From contig CBFIJH010000005.1 of NCBI GenBank assembly GCA_965662895.1, positions 64,001 to 128,000 of the forward strand: DNA of 64,000 bases, read 5' to 3'. This DNA comes from Candidatus Poseidoniaceae archaeon (GTDB lineage Archaea > Thermoplasmatota > Poseidoniia > Poseidoniales > Poseidoniaceae). The first letter of the stretch is position 1, and each line of letters opens with the position of its first letter. The notes beneath the pieces are model-generated. The model ran no database searches and was not told the DNA's origin. It saw only the letters and a program-made list of their open reading frames with translations. A program made the position numbers and the translations under genes. Shown in pieces: positions 57,170-64,000 of the stretch.

Positions 57170-57190
57170 TTAGAACGTTGAGTGTTCTAA
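57170..57190. promoter_or_regulatory. Perfect inverted repeat TTAGAAC-N7-GTTCTAA overlapping the probable TATA of the giant adhesin
   Basis: 7-bp arms; ends 7 nt before ATG 57198. Confidence 0.5.
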
Positions 57191-57197
57191 GGATTTC

Positions 57198-60100
57198 ATG
57201 CGCGAGGAGCGGACGCTTTTCAAATCGGTTTTGTCAACCGGACTTGTTCTGCTCATGCTGGTGCAATTGATGGGGCCAATTGCATCGCAATCGTTGTCAA
57301 GCGGACCTGTTTTGCTTGAAGAATTAGAAGCGAATTACACGCTCCCCAACGATCTTCAACATGGCCACGACTTTGCTGGTAGGACCATTGATGCCGAAGG
57401 AATATCCGACTTGCTCGTTCGCCAAGATTCCTCAATCGACATGTGGATGAGCGAAGTACTCGTTACTGGCAATTCCGGCGAGCGAAGTACGCCAAGTGTC
57501 TACTTGGCAGAGAACGGATCAAAGTACATTTGTTGGATGAACGCACAAGGTGAGGTGCACATGGGCGTCTACACATCAAGTGGCGTATTTTCAGATTCAA
57601 TCATCGATAACGTTCCTACCACACATGGAATTATCGGTTGTTCAGTGGTTGTCGATGAAGCGTATCGCCCACTCGCCATCTATGCAGATGGAGCCAATTT
57701 GTCCATGGCAAGACTTGCTTTTGAAGGACAAATTTACAGTTCAGACACGTGGCTCAAACGCACCATTATTGAAAACCTCCACCCTCAATCAATGACGGTT
57801 CGAGTCACCGATCAAGGTACTGAATTTGCAGTCGTCAGAACGACATCCGGTGAGTTGTGGCAGGTGAACAACAGCGGCCTACGCTGGTATCATTCTCTCC
57901 TTGATGCAGGTCCAGTCGGTGAGGAATTCGAATTGAAGATGGATGCGAACGGCGTCGCAAACATCGCTTACACTCGTGCTGGAGAAGCAGTTCGTTTGCA
58001 AGTTGATGGTGATGTCGTGACTGAACAAATTCTTGTTCGAGACGATTCAACGCACAGCGCTATCGGCCTTGACTTGGACTTAAACGGACTTGCACAGATT
58101 GCGACCACTTCGATCGATGCTGGACAAACACAGCTTTCAATTTACAAGAGTTTGGAAGACAAAACTACGGGTCGACTTTCCAGCGCTGCAATGCATTCGC
58201 ATGAACTCTTCCCGGATGTCGTCGAAGGTTCGGCTGCATATGGCGATTTGAATGGAGACGGATTCGACGATGTGGTCTTCACTCAACCAGCTGCATCGGA
58301 CAGTGGATTGAACAACAATGGCCGGGTTGTCATCCTCTTTGGAGGGAACGAAAGTTTCGACTCCTCAGCACCAACTGTCTTGCGAGGCACACAGACCTCA
58401 CAAGGGTTTGGAAGTGGGATAGCGATTGGTGAGTTCCTAGCCAACGGAAATCTACAGATGCTCATTTCCTCACCTGGCTGGGACAATACGAGCAGGAATG
58501 ATGGGCTCAATCATGGATTGCTTTCAATGTACGAATGGAACCAATCGCAATTTGACTTGATTTGGAGTTTCTCAGGAAATACTGAACAGATGCTTGGGGA
58601 AGATGTATCGGTTGTTGACGATATGAACGGCGATGGCCATGACGATGTTGTTGCTTTGCAAGGCAATTGGACGGATGGAACCACGAATGGACGACTTTCT
58701 GTTTTCGAAGGTAGTCGTGATGGTTTTGTATGGTCGCACAACATTACTGCGAGCACCACTGGGCCATTTTATGGACGTTCGATGTCAAACGGAGGAGATC
58801 TCAATGGTGATGGGTACGGTGACTTTGTCGTCTCAAATTCAGGTGATGAGAATTCTCCGACTGGTCGATCTGCGCTCGAGGTATTCTACGGTTCGTCGAA
58901 TGGTTTGTCTCTTTCATCGGACAAGAGCATTCAACGTATTCAAGCAGGTACGTTGCTTGGGACTGTGGTCGAAATTGTGGATGACATTAATGGTGACGGA
59001 ATGGATGAGCTCCTCGTTCAAGAATTTTCACCAACAGGTTCACCACTCTACAGTGGAACAGTCCATCTTTTCATGGGAAATACTTCCGAGAATTTCACTG
59101 AAGCTCCGGATTGGACAAGTCAGGGTGCAAACAATCAACGCCTCGGTTGGACGATTGCATCGGCTGGAGACGTCAATGACGATGGCTACTCCGACACGTT
59201 CATTGGCTCAAGTATGACCTATTCCCCATCCGGTCAAATCGACCTCTATTTCGGTTCTGAAAACGGTCTGGTTGCAACGCCAGAAACGATACGTACTGGC
59301 AGCCCAAACGAGCATCTTGGGTTTGTAACGCTTGGCGGTTTTGACTCAAATGCTGATGGAGCAATTGAATTTGTATATTCCACTCGCAATGCGACCAGAG
59401 GTACGACGTTTGGTGTTGATATGGTGACAGTCAGCAAACAAGATTTTGATACAAGTCAATTCACATTCGACGGAGATATTCGCGGATTGGAACTTGCCAC
59501 ATCGAATCGTGGCGAAACGGTAATGATGTTTTCATTGAACAATTCATCTGAGCATTCTCTTCTACATTTGGAACATGTTGATGACGGTTCTCCAGGTGGT
59601 TCCTGGGTGACGGAAACGCTCGGGAAGTCATCCTCGTCATACCAATTCCAATTTGATGTCACACCTTCTGGTCAACCTGTTTTGGTCATGTTGGATGATA
59701 CAGATGGACTGGTCCATTCTTCGACGATGTCTTGGACGGCCCTTCACAAAGACATCCGTACCTTCCAAGATTTTGGAACCTATCCTGCATCAACCATTGA
59801 TGCAAATGGTGACTTGCACATTGTCTATTCGCACAACTCCATCGAGAAACTGTACTATTCGACCGAAGATCCGTCCAGTTCAGATGGATGGGATACGAGT
59901 GAAATCTTATCAAATTCCAATCTCACAGCACAGCCAACAATTTGGTTTGAAGGTACTGATTTGCACGTGTTGTATCGGGACGCGAATCTTGACAAAATCG
60001 AGCACATGACCCACACAGGCGGCGCTTGGACGAGTGAAACTGAATTGGATTCTGGTTATGCAGTCGGAATTGAACACAGTGCTGTTCAACTTTCAAATGG

Positions 60101-63100
60101 GACAACATTGGTGGCCACAACTGTCAATAATTCAGGTACTCATGAACTGCAAGTTCTCGACATCGACAACGATGCTTCCACAACGTTGAGAACGCTCAGT
60201 GATGAAACAGCTGAAATTTCCATGTGCATGGATACCAGCAATACAATTGTCCTTCTTTCCATGGATTCGAATGGAATCCTTGTCACGCATGAACGGGATG
60301 CTTCCACTGAATCATGGTCCAATGTTTCGATGCAACAACTCGGACATCTTAACGGCCAAACCGATGGATACGACCTCGCATGCACACAATATGGCTCTTC
60401 ACTCATCTTCGCTGTTCAAGCATCTGTGGATGCTCTGCATGAGCGAACCAACACGGGCGTATGGTCTTCGTTCGGTGGGCATCCAATTTCCTCGGAGGGC
60501 GGTGCATGGGAGATTGTTTCGAATGGAGATGGTGTATCACTGTTGACCACAACTCCCGGAAGCGATTCGCTCCGTATCAACATGATGCATCTTAATGGAC
60601 GCATCGAAGACCGTTCAATTTGGTCGTCCCATGAGATGAAGAATGTCTACACCAATGCCAATTTCTCTGCGAATGTCGATTCAAATGGTACAATTGTGTT
60701 CGGATATCTGGATTCACAAGATTTGGATGTTGAGATGCTTCGATTGTACACGGATTCCGATAGAGATCTCATTTTCGATCGAATCGATGGTATGCCAACC
60801 GTCGGCGAGCAGTGGTACGATCAAGACGACGATGGCTTTGGAGATAATCCAACTGGGCCACTCTCAGATGATTGCCCTTCTGATTCAGGAGCGTCCTATT
60901 ATCTGATTCAAGGCTGTGAGGATTTTGAACTGGACGGATTTGCTGACGACATCGATGCTTGCGATACAAACAAAGGCCGTTCAATCTTTGACCGATATGG
61001 TTGCCCAGATTTCGATGAGGATGGATGGTCGAACAATGACGGTAACTGGATTTTCGGCGATCGCTTCCAGCAGAATTGGAAGCAGTCGAAAGACAGTGAT
61101 GGTGATGGAATTGGTGACAATTACGGTGTTGATTGCTGCGATGCAATTTTTGGTTTGTCCGGAATTATCGAATACAGTCCGGGTGACAAATTCCCCTACA
61201 ATCCTCGTCAATACAAAGACTATGACAATGACGGATTCGGCGATAACGACTCGGATACATTGACTGGAGATTTCTGTCCATGGGATTATGGAACATCCTA
61301 TCGCGACCGAAACGGTTGTTTGGATTCTGATGGAGATGGTGCGAGTGATGCATCGAACATTGGAGGTTACAATTGGGGTATTGAACAGGGCGCAGACATG
61401 TGGCCAACTGACCCAACTCAATGGGCTGATTCGGATGGAGACGGATACGGTGACAATGGATCAATCGATGCGACCAATCCTGATTCGTTCCCGAACAACT
61501 ACGCTGCTGCCGTAGACAACGACTCCGATGGCCACCCGGACCGATGGACAGACCTATGGGATGATGTAAACAGGACCGGAGATGATGATGGTGATGGCAT
61601 CATCAACACAGAGGATTATTGTGGAGATAGCAATCTCTCGGACTCGATTGATATGTTTGGTTGCAATACGAATGTTTCGCTACGAAACCAGTCGAGTGAT
61701 AACCCTGTAGCCTACAACGGGGGCTTGGTTTTGGATGGCTGTCCCTTTGTGTTTGGAACCTCGACCAATCCTGTTCCGGGATGTCCGGACAGCGATGAGG
61801 ACGGGTGGGCAAACACCGCTGACGATTTCCCACTCGATCCGACCCAACATCTCGATACCGACGAAGACGGCTTTGGCGATAACCCGTCTGGAACGAATCC
61901 TGATGCCTGTCCTTTCCAGTATGGTATCGAGGGTGGAACTGGTGGTGACGGCTGTCCATTGGTAAGCGAGGATGATGCAGACGGTGATGGCGTGTATGAC
62001 GATCTTGATCTCTGTCCAGACACTCCTGTTCTTGAAACAGCGGATGCAAATGGATGTGCAGACAGCCAACTTGATGATGATGAAGATGGAGTTTCGAACT
62101 TGGATGACATTTGCCCTGCGACAGTTACGGATGCAGACGTGAATTCAGATGGTTGCAGCGATGAGCAACTTACGAAGGACAGCGATAATGACGGCATTGT
62201 TGATATCAACGACCAATGTCCTGATTCAGTTCCAAATCCCTCCGCTGTCGATTCAAATGGTTGCGATGAAAATCAGCGTGATTCAGATGGTGACGGCGTT
62301 GTTGACGGTGCTCCCGACCAATGTCCAGATACCTTGCCTGGCTTACCAGTCGATGCAACGGGATGTGTTGACGAGGATGCTCTCGATCAAGACCTTGATG
62401 GTGATGGCTACTCAGGAGAATACGCATTCGAAATTGATGAAGAAACAGGCCTGAGAATCAACCAAGTTGGAGATGCTTTCCCTCTCGATGGTTCGCAATG
62501 GTGGGATCAAGATGGGGATGGATTTGGTGACAACGACCAGGGTGATGTTGCCGACTTCTGTCCAACAGAAGAAGGTACTTCCAACAAAGGCACAATCTAT
62601 CTCGGTTGTCCCGATCTCGACGAAGATGGCTGGGCTGACAACATCATTGACGTCTTTCCCGATGATTCAACGCAATGGTTTGATTCTGATGGAGACAGTT
62701 ACGGTGACAACTGGGGCAATCCTGAATGGAACCAAAGCCGTGAAGCGGATTGGCCAGGTGAATACATCGAAGGTGCGAATCGAGGTGACAAATGTCCAGA
62801 CTCACCATCGACGAATGTCAACGAGGATGGTTGTTCCAAGAGTGAGCGAGACACCGACCAAGACGGCGTGAATGATTTACTCGACAATTGTCCGGAGCAA
62901 CCGAAAGGTGCTGATGGATACGATGACGGTTGCCCGCTACCAAAGTCGGAGAGTGAGAATGGAGAAACAACGATTCTGGGTATGACAACGCCGGTTTTTG
63001 GTGGTGTACTCGCAGCAACTGTAGTTGCGCTTCTTGTGTTCACAATCATCATCTCCAGACTTCGTAACAGAGGGTATGATTTTGATGATGATGACGATGA

Positions 63101-63629
63101 TGAAGATTTCTTCGATGACGATGAAGAGGATGACGACGATGATTTCTTTTCCTCTATGCAAACACGTGCCATGCCTGCACGATCCACTCCAAAACCATCA
63201 GCAGGGCCATCAGGCCGACCACCGAACCGTGCAGCACCAGTTCGAGATTCTTCACCTCGTAAGACTGGTCCGACTGGTGGACCAAGCTCAGGCCCACCAG
63301 GCCGGGTAACGCCTCGTCGCGAACCTCCAGGGGGGGCGAAACCAGCGCAAACTCCTCCTGTGGCAAAGAGAACACCGGTTCAACAATCGGATGAAAATGA
63401 TGGGGCCTCGAAAACTCCACAAAAGAAAGTCCGTAAAGCAAGGATAGAGGTTGACATGTCCTTGTTTGAAGACTGGCAAGTCGACGACCGGGATGCTGCT
63501 GTCGCTTGGGTCCTTGACGAACTTTCTGAGGGTGAACAAGAACGAACATTGCTCATGCAGCTGCAAGGAACAGGTTGGTCTGCTCAACAATCGCGAGCAA
63601 TTTATGATTTGGCTCGTAACCAACAATAA
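57198..63629 (+). CDS. Giant (2143 aa) surface protein: beta-propellers including FG-GAP (integrin-alpha-like) repeats, TSP3 stalk, TM, acidic/Pro-rich tail
   Basis: GDLNGDG.DD repeats with G.V....G, about 25 or more DxDxDG repeats, TM, poly-Asp tract, Pro/Gly/Arg linker, terminal helical LQGTGW module. Confidence 0.9.
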   Translation: MREERTLFKSVLSTGLVLLMLVQLMGPIASQSLSSGPVLLEELEANYTLPNDLQHGHDFAGRTIDAEGISDLLVRQDSSIDMWMSEVLVTGNSGERSTPSVYLAENGSKYICWMNAQGEVHMGVYTSSGVFSDSIIDNVPTTHGIIGCSVVVDEAYRPLAIYADGANLSMARLAFEGQIYSSDTWLKRTIIENLHPQSMTVRVTDQGTEFAVVRTTSGELWQVNNSGLRWYHSLLDAGPVGEEFELKMDANGVANIAYTRAGEAVRLQVDGDVVTEQILVRDDSTHSAIGLDLDLNGLAQIATTSIDAGQTQLSIYKSLEDKTTGRLSSAAMHSHELFPDVVEGSAAYGDLNGDGFDDVVFTQPAASDSGLNNNGRVVILFGGNESFDSSAPTVLRGTQTSQGFGSGIAIGEFLANGNLQMLISSPGWDNTSRNDGLNHGLLSMYEWNQSQFDLIWSFSGNTEQMLGEDVSVVDDMNGDGHDDVVALQGNWTDGTTNGRLSVFEGSRDGFVWSHNITASTTGPFYGRSMSNGGDLNGDGYGDFVVSNSGDENSPTGRSALEVFYGSSNGLSLSSDKSIQRIQAGTLLGTVVEIVDDINGDGMDELLVQEFSPTGSPLYSGTVHLFMGNTSENFTEAPDWTSQGANNQRLGWTIASAGDVNDDGYSDTFIGSSMTYSPSGQIDLYFGSENGLVATPETIRTGSPNEHLGFVTLGGFDSNADGAIEFVYSTRNATRGTTFGVDMVTVSKQDFDTSQFTFDGDIRGLELATSNRGETVMMFSLNNSSEHSLLHLEHVDDGSPGGSWVTETLGKSSSSYQFQFDVTPSGQPVLVMLDDTDGLVHSSTMSWTALHKDIRTFQDFGTYPASTIDANGDLHIVYSHNSIEKLYYSTEDPSSSDGWDTSEILSNSNLTAQPTIWFEGTDLHVLYRDANLDKIEHMTHTGGAWTSETELDSGYAVGIEHSAVQLSNGTTLVATTVNNSGTHELQVLDIDNDASTTLRTLSDETAEISMCMDTSNTIVLLSMDSNGILVTHERDASTESWSNVSMQQLGHLNGQTDGYDLACTQYGSSLIFAVQASVDALHERTNTGVWSSFGGHPISSEGGAWEIVSNGDGVSLLTTTPGSDSLRINMMHLNGRIEDRSIWSSHEMKNVYTNANFSANVDSNGTIVFGYLDSQDLDVEMLRLYTDSDRDLIFDRIDGMPTVGEQWYDQDDDGFGDNPTGPLSDDCPSDSGASYYLIQGCEDFELDGFADDIDACDTNKGRSIFDRYGCPDFDEDGWSNNDGNWIFGDRFQQNWKQSKDSDGDGIGDNYGVDCCDAIFGLSGIIEYSPGDKFPYNPRQYKDYDNDGFGDNDSDTLTGDFCPWDYGTSYRDRNGCLDSDGDGASDASNIGGYNWGIEQGADMWPTDPTQWADSDGDGYGDNGSIDATNPDSFPNNYAAAVDNDSDGHPDRWTDLWDDVNRTGDDDGDGIINTEDYCGDSNLSDSIDMFGCNTNVSLRNQSSDNPVAYNGGLVLDGCPFVFGTSTNPVPGCPDSDEDGWANTADDFPLDPTQHLDTDEDGFGDNPSGTNPDACPFQYGIEGGTGGDGCPLVSEDDADGDGVYDDLDLCPDTPVLETADANGCADSQLDDDEDGVSNLDDICPATVTDADVNSDGCSDEQLTKDSDNDGIVDINDQCPDSVPNPSAVDSNGCDENQRDSDGDGVVDGAPDQCPDTLPGLPVDATGCVDEDALDQDLDGDGYSGEYAFEIDEETGLRINQVGDAFPLDGSQWWDQDGDGFGDNDQGDVADFCPTEEGTSNKGTIYLGCPDLDEDGWADNIIDVFPDDSTQWFDSDGDSYGDNWGNPEWNQSREADWPGEYIEGANRGDKCPDSPSTNVNEDGCSKSERDTDQDGVNDLLDNCPEQPKGADGYDDGCPLPKSESENGETTILGMTTPVFGGVLAATVVALLVFTIIISRLRNRGYDFDDDDDDEDFFDDDEEDDDDDFFSSMQTRAMPARSTPKPSAGPSGRPPNRAAPVRDSSPRKTGPTGGPSSGPPGRVTPRREPPGGAKPAQTPPVAKRTPVQQSDENDGASKTPQKKVRKARIEVDMSLFEDWQVDDRDAAVAWVLDELSEGEQERTLLMQLQGTGWSAQQSRAIYDLARNQQ

Positions 63630-63688
63630 AGAACGTAAGCAGCAACCTCAAAAATACGACACAATTGGCGAAGTTAGGAGGAGATAAT

Positions 63689-64000
63689 GTGGCAGATGAT
63701 GTACTTGAAGGAGCAACGCTTCCTGAGGGTATAGAGGTCGACGATGCTGCTGCCTATTTTGGTGTCACCGATTCGTCCGATGTTCTCCAACAAATGATGT
63801 CGATGGATTCCAAACAAGCCTTGTCGAAGGCCCTCGAACATCTCGCAGACATCATCCTACGCCCAGGTGAATTCGATTTTGAGGCTGCTAGCGAGCGTTT
63901 GCAATGTGAAGGTGGAGAAATTTACTTTCTCATTTTTGGGCATCTCAATCTCATGGCCCTTCCCGATCCTTTGCTGCAATTTGCTGGTCAACCAGATTCA
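63689..64000 (+). CDS. Hypothetical protein (partial, runs off the right edge)
   Basis: GGAGG ribosome-binding site, GTG start, open to the end of the window: MADDVLEGATLPEGIEVDDAAAYFG... Confidence 0.7.
   Translation, partial: MADDVLEGATLPEGIEVDDAAAYFGVTDSSDVLQQMMSMDSKQALSKALEHLADIILRPGEFDFEAASERLQCEGGEIYFLIFGHLNLMALPDPLLQFAGQPDS

Noticed and set aside
57090-57197. TPP riboswitch upstream of thiN (likewise an FMN riboswitch upstream of ribA)
   Set aside because: No CUGAGA core or FMN consensus seen; the ribA TATA spacing implies a leaderless transcript.
63075-63145. GAT/GAC microsatellite as a phase-variation tract
   Set aside because: An imperfect in-frame triplet run encoding poly-Asp; slippage would not switch the frame.

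Overview
Gene-dense, moderate-GC archaeal chromosomal segment. It is most consistent with Marine Group II Euryarchaeota (Ca. Poseidoniales). This is inferred from TATA-like boxes about 23-30 nt before mostly leaderless starts, GGTGA/GGAGG ribosome-binding sites inside operons, stand-alone Lrp/RAM domains, a TrmB regulator, Taw2, and many giant acidic thrombospondin-type-3 (TSP3), FG-GAP, LDLa and beta-helix surface proteins. I found no rRNA, tRNA, CRISPR array, transposase or integrase. Main blocks: (1) 295-1348: a winged-helix regulator bracketed by two inverted copies of a 20-bp site. It is followed by three translationally coupled tiny proteins: an 11-mer-repeat amphipathic helix and two glycine-zipper membrane peptides that are missing from the ORF track. 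This is a candidate undescribed lipid-body or membrane-compartment module. (2) 8.5-14 kb: DsrE, gpmA coupled to an aldehyde:ferredoxin oxidoreductase (AOR)-family gene, and a JAMM protease. (3) 16-21 kb: surface glycosylation genes. (4) 26.5-31 kb: uvrC head-to-head with a wHTH-STAND ATPase, plus two RAM domains. (5) 39.9-51.8 kb: a divergent photoprotection island, ribA-atypical Prx-TrmB/V4R regulator-DUF1295-ABC1 kinase-crtI-TlpA-ABA4-crtB opposite NUDIX-class II photolyase-TIGR01777. (6) Several giant modular surface proteins that share a Ca-binding stalk and carry Pro-rich or Trp-rich cytoplasmic tails. All calls come from reading motifs by eye; no database search was run.
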